Shown: one piece after another, positions 8,271 to 16,638 of the stretch
Layout: the number at the start of each line of letters is the position of its first letter
Numbering within the stretch: position 1 is the first letter of the stretch
NCBI GenBank assembly: GCA_964429715.1
Contig: CAYSCV010000001.1
Location: 1 to 41,377 of the forward strand
Length of the DNA stretch: 41,377 nt
Source of the DNA: an uncultured Methanosarcinales archaeon
GTDB taxonomy: Archaea; Nanobdellota; Nanobdellia; Woesearchaeales; GW2011-AR9
Reading direction: 5' to 3'
Notes under the pieces: model-generated
What the model was told of the DNA's origin: nothing
What the model saw: the letters and a program-made list of their open reading frames with translations, nothing else
The model's database searches: none
Made by a program: the position numbers and the translations under genes

Positions 8271-8332
8271 AAACCACCTTTTGAGAGGATATATCTTCTT
8301 TTTAAAGTAAAATTAATGTGAAAGGTGGGTTT
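8271..8332 (-). promoter_or_regulatory. Inverted repeat able to pair the Shine-Dalgarno of the kinase-isomerase gene
   Basis: aaaccaccttt (8271-8281) pairs with aaaggtgggttt (8321-8332): 11 bp with one bulged G and a ~39-nt A/T-rich loop. The left arm is the complement of the AAGGTGGTTT ribosome-binding site. Confidence 0.3.
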
Positions 8333-8390
8333 AAGAACTTTACTAAACTAAATTCTAATTATCTTCTGAATTTATTCAGGGATGATGTGG

Positions 8391-9566
8391 TTAATCTAGT
8401 AATTTCTTATTTTCTCGTAAAAATACGGCCCCAACACGTGAAGGAAATCCATAGCAATGAGAAGAAGGGGGGAAAAGAGATTTGAATTTTTGTTGTAATG
8501 TTTCGTCTTCTTTGGTGGTTTTCCAGGTGCCGTTTAAACGTTCGTTCATTTCGATAACCAGATCGAGGATTTCAGCTGGAGTGTTTTCGTGAGGAAAGTA
8601 TTCTTTTTGGGTGTAATCTTTTGTTTCCGTAAAATATTTTCCTTTTTCGAATTCTATGATCTCTTTAAACGTGAGATATCTATTTTCTTTTTTGAACCAT
8701 ATTTTTTTTGGGATGAATATGCTTTGTTTGTTAATAGGAGGGTGGTTTAGAGGTATGACATTTACTAATGCGACAGGATGGTTAAAGATGTAAGGAAGAC
8801 ATATTAAGCCTGCCGTGTCTCCTAAAAAGAATTTACAATTTGCACTAAGATATATGTCTCCAAATTCAGTTCTCCAATTATTGGCGTAATCTATAATTCT
8901 TTTGTTTTCTACGTTTAGTTTCTTCTCTACTTTTGCACCCATCCTTAAAACATACCCTTCTTGTTTGGCGATGTATTCTAATGAGGGGATAGTGTTTTCA
9001 ATATTTCCATTGCGATAATCATCTGATTCATCTCTTTTCTTGAGAACAGTGTCTAGATATTTCTTATCTCGCATATTTACACAGATAAACCAATTATCTA
9101 CATTCATTTTTTTTAATATTTCTTTCCCTTTTTTTTCTTCATTGTCTGTGAATTTTAACATTGGCGGGCAATTGTTAAACTCATAGAAATCATTTACTTT
9201 ATATTTTGGTTCTGTAAATAGATTTAATGTTTTTAAGATAGAATTATTTGCAGCCAGTTGTGTTAAAACTCTTAAGAGTGTTGGAAGAGGTATGGTAATT
9301 ATTTTAAATTTTCGTTGAAACATTTCAAGTAAGGGCTGGTTACATGGCTTTGAAGTTGCTATCCCAATGTGTTTTAGATTACTTCCTTTAATGATGTTTA
9401 ATTCTTTTCTTCTTAAAAAGAGTTCGGTATTGGAAGCTAGGTGACCAATTCTTCTGGATCTTATTCTGATGAAAGTTATTTTTTTAATTTTCTTAAGAAG
9501 TAGTAAAGGTATAATTAATGGAGAAACTATGATACTTGTGCTAATGTAGGTTATTTTTTTGATCAT
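8391..9566 (-). CDS. Putative glycosyltransferase of unknown family (resembles TIGR04372-type proteins), N-terminal membrane anchor
   Basis: 391 aa. The N-terminal hydrophobic helix is followed by RRIGHLASNTE. DYRNGNI, GYVLRMG and IIDYA segments recall the TIGR04372 putative glycosyltransferase family. This is a recollection only and was not searched. Confidence 0.35.
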   Translation of the reverse strand: MIKKITYISTSIIVSPLIIPLLLLKKIKKITFIRIRSRRIGHLASNTELFLRRKELNIIKGSNLKHIGIATSKPCNQPLLEMFQRKFKIITIPLPTLLRVLTQLAANNSILKTLNLFTEPKYKVNDFYEFNNCPPMLKFTDNEEKKGKEILKKMNVDNWFICVNMRDKKYLDTVLKKRDESDDYRNGNIENTIPSLEYIAKQEGYVLRMGAKVEKKLNVENKRIIDYANNWRTEFGDIYLSANCKFFLGDTAGLICLPYIFNHPVALVNVIPLNHPPINKQSIFIPKKIWFKKENRYLTFKEIIEFEKGKYFTETKDYTQKEYFPHENTPAEILDLVIEMNERLNGTWKTTKEDETLQQKFKSLFPPSSHCYGFPSRVGAVFLRENKKLLD

Positions 9567-9608
9567 CTTTTTATTTTTAGGAAAGTAAACAGTTTGAATT
9601 TGTTTTCT

Positions 9609-10673
9609 TTAAATCATTTTAATTATGCAACGTCCGGGAGGTGCTACTTTAGAACTGGAAAATCCTAAATATTCATTGATGTTATGTAAATAAATAGTTG
9701 TGCTAATAAGCTCTTTTAAATAAATGTGCCCTTGTTCATAAAGAGTTATGTAGCGAGGTATGTCACGATCAGGCAGGCAGCCACCACCGTATGAGCCGGT
9801 GAAGGTTTTTCTACGATGCAGATCAAGAGCGTTGAGAGTTACTTTTGCATCTTTCGCGGGAACGCCAACGATGAAGATGTTTCCTGGTGCAGAGGTTGAT
9901 TGAGCAGCAGTTTCGATTACTTCAGGATATGCGGCTGTGACGATAGAATGATAGGAACCATTATTGTGAGTGAGTTTTTTTATTTCTATTGCGATGTTTG
10001 CGGTGTCAGGGTTGAGTAGATGAGTTGCGCCCATTTTTTTTGCTAGTGCTAAATTTTCTTCATTTTTGTCTACAGCGATAATTGGATAAGCGTGGACATT
10101 TTTTGCGCCTTGGATGCTACACAATCCAACCCCGCCACAGCCGAATACGGCAACAGATTCTGCAGGGCGGACATTTGCGTCATTGAAGATGACGCCCAAA
10201 CCAGTAGTTACGGCGCAGCCAAGCAGGCAGGCGATGGAGAGATCTGATTCTTTTGGAATTTTTGTGATACGATTTTCTGGGACAACGGCGTATTCGTTAA
10301 ATGTGGTTATCCAGCCGGCGTTGACGCGTTCACCATTTTTTTTTCGATGATAGATTGGTGTTGGAGCATCCATACCGCTGCCTTTGAGCCAATGCAAGAC
10401 AATGTGATCACCTATTTGGACTTTTGTTACGGCGGGACCGATGTCCATGACAATGCCGCTGCCTTCATGACCAAGCATGTGAGGTAGATAGGGATCTTTA
10501 CCCATGGTGCCTTTGATTTCTTCAATTTGTTTTCCACAAATGCCGCTGTAATGGATTTGCACGAGAATTTGGCCGGGAAGAAGAGGGCCAGCGAATTCTA
10601 CTTGGTCGATTACGAGAGGATGGTTGTTTTGTTCTAAGATTGAGGCGTTGAAGGTTAGAGGGTAGGAAATCAT
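9609..10673 (-). CDS. Zinc-dependent medium-chain alcohol/polyol dehydrogenase (MDR family)
   Basis: GICGKQ Cys ligand, GHEGSGIV motif, CLLGCAVTTG and a VFGCGGVGL Rossmann motif. The structural-zinc Cys cluster appears to be absent. Confidence 0.8.
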   Translation of the reverse strand: MISYPLTFNASILEQNNHPLVIDQVEFAGPLLPGQILVQIHYSGICGKQIEEIKGTMGKDPYLPHMLGHEGSGIVMDIGPAVTKVQIGDHIVLHWLKGSGMDAPTPIYHRKKNGERVNAGWITTFNEYAVVPENRITKIPKESDLSIACLLGCAVTTGLGVIFNDANVRPAESVAVFGCGGVGLCSIQGAKNVHAYPIIAVDKNEENLALAKKMGATHLLNPDTANIAIEIKKLTHNNGSYHSIVTAAYPEVIETAAQSTSAPGNIFIVGVPAKDAKVTLNALDLHRRKTFTGSYGGGCLPDRDIPRYITLYEQGHIYLKELISTTIYLHNINEYLGFSSSKVAPPGRCIIKMI

Positions 10674-10698
10674 TTTTTTCTTTTTTTAATATGTTTAG

Positions 10699-11376
10699 TT
10701 ATTTTTTGTTGACACACAGCACCAGTAAGTAATGGGCCATTTTGCTGTATCCAGTATGAACCATTTCATCGTTCATGCTGAAGAAAAACACATGAGAAAA
10801 ATATTTTTCGAAAGTGGAGGTTAGTCTTTGTGGATCAAAAAGATTTATATGGCCTTCATTACTTCTTGCGGAAGCGTATTGCGCTGCATATTTATTTGGA
10901 GTACCAAAGATGGCGATGCTGCCTGGTTTTAATGAGGCCATGCAATTTTTAATGAATTTTTCTTCTTCATCAGGATGGATATGTTCAATAACATCAAGGC
11001 TGAGCATGCCGTCACCAAGCTCTTCTGTATATGGTGCGCTGATCATGTCACCACAGACGTATTTGACTCTTCCTTCTGTTAAAGGGAAGATATGTTGTTG
11101 GGCATATTTGATTTGTTTTTCATCGAAGTCAATGGCGGTTACGTTTGCGTTGGTTTCGGCGATGAAGGATAATGCACCGATACCTTCACCACAGCCGACT
11201 TCGATAATATGAGTGCAGCGATGCATCATTTTTGCGGCGAATTTGTACCGAGAAAGGGTAAATGCAAAATGTTTTGGGTCTTTGACTAATGATTCTGTGT
11301 TGATTGGACCAAGTGTTACGTTTTCTTGGATATTCATGTTTGATACTTTTTCCCAGAGTTCTTTTGTTTTGTTCAT
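10699..11376 (-). CDS. Class I SAM-dependent methyltransferase
   Basis: Motif I IIEVGCGEGIG, with a downstream acidic residue pattern (AIDFD) and DVIEHI. Confidence 0.8.
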   Translation of the reverse strand: MNKTKELWEKVSNMNIQENVTLGPINTESLVKDPKHFAFTLSRYKFAAKMMHRCTHIIEVGCGEGIGALSFIAETNANVTAIDFDEKQIKYAQQHIFPLTEGRVKYVCGDMISAPYTEELGDGMLSLDVIEHIHPDEEEKFIKNCMASLKPGSIAIFGTPNKYAAQYASARSNEGHINLFDPQRLTSTFEKYFSHVFFFSMNDEMVHTGYSKMAHYLLVLCVNKK

Positions 11377-11472
11377 GCTTTTTCCTCTTCTATTTTTATA
11401 CTCTTGTTTCTTACTTGTTGTATTATTTGCTTGTTATTGATAAATTATCATTATTATACTATTTTTTACATA

Positions 11473-12255
11473 TTACATCGTCCCGCCATCTATGGGGATA
11501 ATGGAGCCGCTGGCGAAGGTAACTTGGTTTGATGCCATAAAAACAGCAAAAGGAGCAATTTCTTCAGCAAGCCCAAGGCGTCCGATGGCATGATGATGGC
11601 GCAGGAAGTCGGAGCGTTTTTTGAAAAATACTTCTTTGTCTATTATGTTATGGGGGGCGTTTTCGTCCCAGTGGCCACCTTCACTGTAGATGGCGCCAGG
11701 CATTAGAGCTGAGATAACTATGTTGTCTTGTGCTACAACTCTTCCAAGGCATTTGGTGTAGGCATTAAGGTATGCTTTTGCGGCACCATATGGCGCGGAA
11801 CCTCTGAGAGATTCTGCGGAGATTGATGAAATATGGATAATTCTGCCCCATTTTTTCTCTTGCATTTTTGGGATGAGCAGATTATTTATTTCGATGGCGA
11901 TACCAACGTTGAACTGCCAGACTTTTTGCCAGTCATTTGTTGGGGCGAGGAGGTCTTTTATGTTGAGTGTGCCACCAAGGTTGTGGATGATAATATCAAA
12001 TGGTTGTGATTCTTTTTTTGTTAATTCTTGAATTGCTTTTGTGGGAGCACCAGGTTCCATTAAATCGATGGCGTAATAGGAATGCCCGGCGGTTTTTCCT
12101 CCTAGTTCTTCTACTATTTTTTGAAGTTCTTCTTCACGCCTTGCGATAAGACTTATACGACAGCCTTCGTTGGCAAAGGCTTTGGCGATGGTGTAGCCGA
12201 TACCTTGGCTTGCGCCGGTGATGAGTACACGTTTGTTTTTTATGCCAAGATCCAT
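11473..12255 (-). CDS. Classical short-chain dehydrogenase/reductase (SDR)
   Basis: TGASQGIG cofactor motif and YGAAK catalytic YxxxK. Length is 260 aa. Confidence 0.85.
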   Translation of the reverse strand: MDLGIKNKRVLITGASQGIGYTIAKAFANEGCRISLIARREEELQKIVEELGGKTAGHSYYAIDLMEPGAPTKAIQELTKKESQPFDIIIHNLGGTLNIKDLLAPTNDWQKVWQFNVGIAIEINNLLIPKMQEKKWGRIIHISSISAESLRGSAPYGAAKAYLNAYTKCLGRVVAQDNIVISALMPGAIYSEGGHWDENAPHNIIDKEVFFKKRSDFLRHHHAIGRLGLAEEIAPFAVFMASNQVTFASGSIIPIDGGTM

Positions 12256-12347
12256 GGTGGTTTGTTTCTTTGCTAAATTTATTTTATTTTTTTGGTGTAT
12301 TTTATATTCTTATTGTTATATTTTATTTTTGTTATTTTTTTTAAGTA

Positions 12348-12833
12348 TTATTTGACTCTGTTTTTATCTTCTTTGAGACTGATAAAGACGGGGCCGATAT
12401 GGTTGTGTGCGGCTTTGACAAATTGTTCGGTTTCTTTGCCGTTTTTGGGAAAGAAAGTATGGGTGTTTTTGAGCAGGCCCATGAGAATTTTACCGTTTAA
12501 TTCGGAATGGGTGGGGCCTTGTTTGGGGTAATCGGCGTAACCAACTAATTTAACGTTGACGTTCTGCTGGTCTATATCTAGTTTTACTTGTTCGAACGGT
12601 CGTTCGATGAGGAAAGGTGTGATGGTGTAGACCCAGGGTTTTAGGCCTTCTAAAGCCATGCCGGCGGCAACACCAATCATACTTTGTTCACAGATGCCAA
12701 TGTTAATGAAACGGTTAGGGAACTGTGCACGGAATTTATCAAATACTTTGTAGCCAATGTCTCCGACGATTAAGTAGAGATCTGGATCTTCTTGTGCAAG
12801 TTTTGCGATGGCTTCTCCGAATGTGTATCTCAT
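12348..12833 (-). CDS. Transketolase-like C-terminal subunit reduced to the pyrimidine-binding (Pyr) domain
   Basis: NIGICEQSMIGVAAGMALEG and GPTHS motifs. The protein ends just after the GPVFISL equivalent of the end of the Pyr domain. It is 161 aa and lacks the usual ~120-aa TK C-terminal domain. Confidence 0.7.
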   Translation of the reverse strand: MRYTFGEAIAKLAQEDPDLYLIVGDIGYKVFDKFRAQFPNRFINIGICEQSMIGVAAGMALEGLKPWVYTITPFLIERPFEQVKLDIDQQNVNVKLVGYADYPKQGPTHSELNGKILMGLLKNTHTFFPKNGKETEQFVKAAHNHIGPVFISLKEDKNRVK

Positions 12834-12871
12834 GGTATTTTTATTTTTTGGTTATTTTTTTTTTAATAAGT

Positions 12872-13627
12872 TTATTCTTCTGATAATTCTTTGTAGGTGG
12901 TGGTGAGTTCTTCACCTTTAGGCATGCGGGAATGCCATTTTGCGTCGTCTTCAAAACAACTGATGCCTTTGCCTTTTGTGGTGTGGGCAAGGATAACAAA
13001 TGGTTTTTCGTTGGAGGTGTTGTGTAATGCGTTTGTGAGTTCTTCAAATGAATGGCCGTTGACTTCTTGAACGTGCCAGCCAAATGCGCGCCATTTTTCT
13101 GCTAAATTGTGTAGTGAGAGGGCTTCATTGATTCTGCTTAGTGCTTGAATTTTGTTGTAGTCGATGATGACAGTTAGGTTATGTAGTTTATGATGAGCAG
13201 CGATCATAGCACTTTCCCAGGTTGTACCTTCTTGGCATTCGCCATCAGACATGAGGACATATATTTTTCCGGGCGTTTGTTTTATTTTTCGTGCAAGAGC
13301 CATGCCAGTTGAGATAGGAAGGCCGTGACCTAAACTCCCTGTTGTGCAGTGGATGCCGTTTTTTGGATCAATTTCAGGATGGGTGCCAATATGCGGGTTG
13401 AAGCCTTTTTCACGTAAGAGGAGGTAGTAGGGGAATGAGGCGTGGCCTTTACTTAAGACAAATTTGTCTTCTGGTTTTAAGATGAGTTCGTAGATAGTAA
13501 GAAGGATTTCGATTTGGGATAAGCTGCCACCAATATGAGCTTCTTTATGTTCTAAGCAGAGGTCAATGAAGTCTTTTCGTAATTTTTTTGCTTTTTGTTC
13601 GAGATGTTGGATCGAGGAATAATTCAT
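12872..13627 (-). CDS. Transketolase-like N-terminal (ThDP/PP-binding) subunit
   Basis: SKGHA, GSLGHGLP and the ThDP motif SDGECQEGTTWE...DYNK. Length is 251 aa. Confidence 0.8.
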   Translation of the reverse strand: MNYSSIQHLEQKAKKLRKDFIDLCLEHKEAHIGGSLSQIEILLTIYELILKPEDKFVLSKGHASFPYYLLLREKGFNPHIGTHPEIDPKNGIHCTTGSLGHGLPISTGMALARKIKQTPGKIYVLMSDGECQEGTTWESAMIAAHHKLHNLTVIIDYNKIQALSRINEALSLHNLAEKWRAFGWHVQEVNGHSFEELTNALHNTSNEKPFVILAHTTKGKGISCFEDDAKWHSRMPKGEELTTTYKELSEE

Positions 13628-13736
13628 ATTTAGGAGATTTATTTTATTTCATTTTTTGTCTATTTTTATGGTCTTTTAGTCTTAATTCTCTCTTTATATA
13701 CTTTGTGTATGTGGGTTTTTGTGTTTTTTCTATCTT

Positions 13737-15446
13737 TTAATTGAGTAATTTTTGGAAATGGTTTTCTTTGATGTAGTTGAGCATGTCTTGTGCTTTTTGG
13801 AGTTGGGCTATTTTTATTTCTTCGTTTTGGGGTTGGTTTGCAAAATTGCGGCGCGATTGATGGTGTGATACGAATTCGTTTAGGATTATCAGGCACCAGA
13901 TTAGGCCGACTAGGGGGAAGACTATACTGATTCGTTGTTTTAGCTCTTGGTTGTTGAATGTTTCTATTATTTTTTTGGCGAATTGATTCTTTTGTGTTTG
14001 CGAGAGATTCATTGCGGGGTGGAGGATGAAGTCTGAGATGGTTTTGGCAGGATCGTCATAACCAAAATATTCGAAGTCGAGGAAGATGATGTTATTATTT
14101 TCAATTCGCAGGGCGTTATGGAAGCCAAAGTCGCAGGGGCTGAGGATAGTTGTTATGATTTTCTGGTCTTTAGTTGTGTTGATTTGGTTGAGTTGGTTGA
14201 GTTGGTTTTGTAATTTTGCGATGGTTTCATTTAGGTAGGGGATGTATTGATTTTCTAGGAATGAGTGCATGGTGTTTTCAATATCAGTTGAGTTTGGTGT
14301 TTCTTTAAGATGTTTTAATCTGCGGTTAATGATGTTGAGGTAGTCTTGTATACAGAAGCAGGCGTCGGAAGCGTCTTGGAATGTATCTTTTGGGATGTTT
14401 AGGTTGTTGATATTTGTTAGAAAGTTAATGGCAGCATTGATGTCTTGTTCTGTTATGTCTTTTGGGGTGATTTTCGTTCCAGCTATGAATTGGTAGATGG
14501 CGATGTTATTTTTTTCGTCTTTGGCAATTGGTTTGGGGATGGATTTTATGTTATTGTTCCAGAGAAATTCTAAGCTTGTGTATTCTGTTTGTAGACGATT
14601 TCGTTTGTCGTTTGGATGGGTGTAATAGGATTTTAGGATATATTTTTGGTTATTTGAGGTTGTGAGAAGGTATACCTGATTATTTTTTCCACCATCTAAT
14701 TTTTGTATGTCTTTTATTTCTTCGTTTAGTAATTGTTGAGATAGGAATTTTAATTCTTCTCTTTTTATGTTTGTTTGCTCGTCTTTTGTTATGATCTGTG
14801 TGATTATTTCAAATGAGGGGGCGATGATTAGGTTGGTTTGATTTGTGGTTGGTTGAGTGTTTGTACTTTCTTTATTTTTGAAGTGAGGATTGAATAGTAT
14901 TTTTTTTGTGTCTTGCGGGAAAGTTGATTCTTGGAAGGTTTCTTCGAGGTCGTCGATGAAGTGGGTGCACTGAAGTGTTTTTATACGTTCTATTTTTCGT
15001 TCTTTGGTTGGTTCGAAATAGACTTGATTTAAGGTGAGGGTGAAATGGGGGTTATTGAAGAATTGTTGTTGGTTTAGCCAGCTGAGGGCGGATTCTTGAA
15101 GGTTGGCGCCGCCTTGGAGGAGGTTTGAGTATTTGGTTTTATGGCTGATGATGTAGTAGGTGATTTTTTGTTGGTGGCAGGCTGCGAGGAGTTCTTTTAT
15201 GCCTGGGGTGAGTGTTGCTTTCGAGATAGCGGGGCCGTAGGCTTGGGCTTGGATTTGCTGCCATTTGATGTCGCCATCAGGGAGAATTCTTATGGTGTTG
15301 CGTACGGCTTTTTTGTTTTTGGGTGTTTCTTTTGGGATGAATGATTTTTCGAGGGCGAGGTCGTACATCAATTGGTCGTAGTTGATGATGGTGTTATCAA
15401 AGTCGATGCCGAGGATGATTTGATTTTTGAGAGGTTGATTGGTCAT
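13737..15446 (-). CDS. HAD-like phosphatase domain fused to an aminoglycoside/choline-kinase-fold (APH-like) kinase domain
   Basis: N-terminus: GIDFDNTI (DxDxT HAD motif I). C-terminus: CDFGFHNAL (D-x4-N catalytic loop) and FLDFEYFGYDDPAKTISDF (DFE metal-binding motif). The linker is rich in N, Q and T. Confidence 0.6.
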   Translation of the reverse strand: MTNQPLKNQIILGIDFDNTIINYDQLMYDLALEKSFIPKETPKNKKAVRNTIRILPDGDIKWQQIQAQAYGPAISKATLTPGIKELLAACHQQKITYYIISHKTKYSNLLQGGANLQESALSWLNQQQFFNNPHFTLTLNQVYFEPTKERKIERIKTLQCTHFIDDLEETFQESTFPQDTKKILFNPHFKNKESTNTQPTTNQTNLIIAPSFEIITQIITKDEQTNIKREELKFLSQQLLNEEIKDIQKLDGGKNNQVYLLTTSNNQKYILKSYYTHPNDKRNRLQTEYTSLEFLWNNNIKSIPKPIAKDEKNNIAIYQFIAGTKITPKDITEQDINAAINFLTNINNLNIPKDTFQDASDACFCIQDYLNIINRRLKHLKETPNSTDIENTMHSFLENQYIPYLNETIAKLQNQLNQLNQINTTKDQKIITTILSPCDFGFHNALRIENNNIIFLDFEYFGYDDPAKTISDFILHPAMNLSQTQKNQFAKKIIETFNNQELKQRISIVFPLVGLIWCLIILNEFVSHHQSRRNFANQPQNEEIKIAQLQKAQDMLNYIKENHFQKLLN

Positions 15447-15568
15447 TTTTGTTATGATTTTGCTTTAATTTTTAGTTTATAAACGTTATTGAACGGTAAT
15501 TGTTGTGAGTATTAAGAGGAAGATTTTAAGTTTAGGGTGGTTCTCTGAAGTCATCTCTATTTAATAAA

Positions 15569-15578
15569 GTTTAAATAG
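15569..15578 (+). promoter_or_regulatory. TATA-box-like element (gtttaaatag)
   Basis: Centred about 27 nt upstream of ATG 15600. A GAGGGGG stretch also lies 8 nt upstream of the ATG, so a short leader with an SD is equally possible. Confidence 0.3.
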
Positions 15579-15599
15579 GGTTGTGAGGGGGTTGAGAAT

Positions 15600-16598
15600 A
15601 TGATGAGAAAAGCGATTGTGACGGGCGGGGCGGGGTTTATTGGTTTGCATATGGTTGAGCTGCTACTTGCGAAAGGTTTTCATGTTATTGTGTTGGATGA
15701 TATGTCAAATGGGCAGCTTGATAATGTGGAGTTGTTTAAAGATAATATTCACTATCAATTTTATCAGGTGGATTTAGCGGCGGGGTTTGATGATTCTGTG
15801 TTTGCAGGGGTTGAGTATGTGTTTCATATGGCAGCGTTAGCTGATATTGTGCCGTCGATTGAGGAGCCGGTGAAGTATCATGCGGCAAATGTGACGGGAA
15901 CGATTCGGGTGCTTGAGGCGTGCCGCAAGTATGGGGTTAAGAAGTTGGTGTATAGTGCGTCGTCGTCTTGTTATGGGATTCCGGAGTGTTATCCGACACC
16001 GGAGAGTGCGGTGATACGGCCGGAGTATCCGTATGCGTTTACAAAGTATGTTGCGGAGGAGTATGTGTTGTTTTGGAATAAGTTGTATAATTTGCCTATT
16101 GTGTCGCTGCGGTATTTTAATGTGTATGGGACACGAGCGAGAACGAATGGAACGTATGGGGCGGTGTTTAAAGTATTTTTATCACAGAAGCTGCATGGCA
16201 AGCCGTTGACGATTGTTGGGGATGGAATGCAGACACGAGATTTTACGTATGTGACGGATGTTGCGCGGGCTAATTTTATGGCGGCGGAGTCGGAGTTGAA
16301 TGGGGAGATTTTGAATATTGGAACGGGGACGCCGCAATCTGTTAATTATTTAGTTGATTTGATCATTGGAACAGAGGGAGAGAGAGTGTATATTCCAAAA
16401 AGACCAGGTGAACCTGATTCGACGCATGCAGAGATTTCAAAAGCGAAGAAGTTGCTTGGTTGGGAAGCAACAGTTTCGTTTGAGGAAGGAGTTAAAATAA
16501 TGCTTGATAATATTTCGTATTGGGAGAAAGCGCCGGTGTGGGATAAAGAGTCGATTGCAAATGCTACGAAGGCGTGGTTTACATATTTGTCGAAGTGA
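15600..16598 (+). CDS. NAD-dependent nucleotide-sugar epimerase/dehydratase (extended SDR, GalE/UXS-like)
   Basis: VTGGAGFIG, YAFTKYVAE (YxxxK) and RYFNVYG motifs. Confidence 0.8.
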   Translation: MMRKAIVTGGAGFIGLHMVELLLAKGFHVIVLDDMSNGQLDNVELFKDNIHYQFYQVDLAAGFDDSVFAGVEYVFHMAALADIVPSIEEPVKYHAANVTGTIRVLEACRKYGVKKLVYSASSSCYGIPECYPTPESAVIRPEYPYAFTKYVAEEYVLFWNKLYNLPIVSLRYFNVYGTRARTNGTYGAVFKVFLSQKLHGKPLTIVGDGMQTRDFTYVTDVARANFMAAESELNGEILNIGTGTPQSVNYLVDLIIGTEGERVYIPKRPGEPDSTHAEISKAKKLLGWEATVSFEEGVKIMLDNISYWEKAPVWDKESIANATKAWFTYLSK

Positions 16599-16638
16599 AT
16601 TAGGGAATATTCAAATGAATTAAAGAAAAGGTGAAATT

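Noticed and set aside
8366-8379. 14-bp perfect palindrome ctgaat-tt-attcag just downstream of the stop of 8391..9566
   Set aside because: The 2-nt loop is too tight for an RNA hairpin, and a 6-bp A/T-rich palindrome is likely to occur by chance in this composition. It has no partner site.
12348-13627. Housekeeping pentose-phosphate transketolase (split form as in some archaea)
   Set aside because: The second subunit lacks the whole TK C-terminal domain, and the pair is embedded in an operon of tailoring enzymes within a glycan island. This cannot be excluded without knowing whether another transketolase exists in the genome.
14186-14207. 9-bp tandem repeat ggttgagtt x2.4 inside the HAD-kinase gene (encodes QLNQLNQ)
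   Set aside because: The unit is a multiple of three, so slippage would not shift the frame. It is short and lies in a generally low-complexity N/Q-rich protein.
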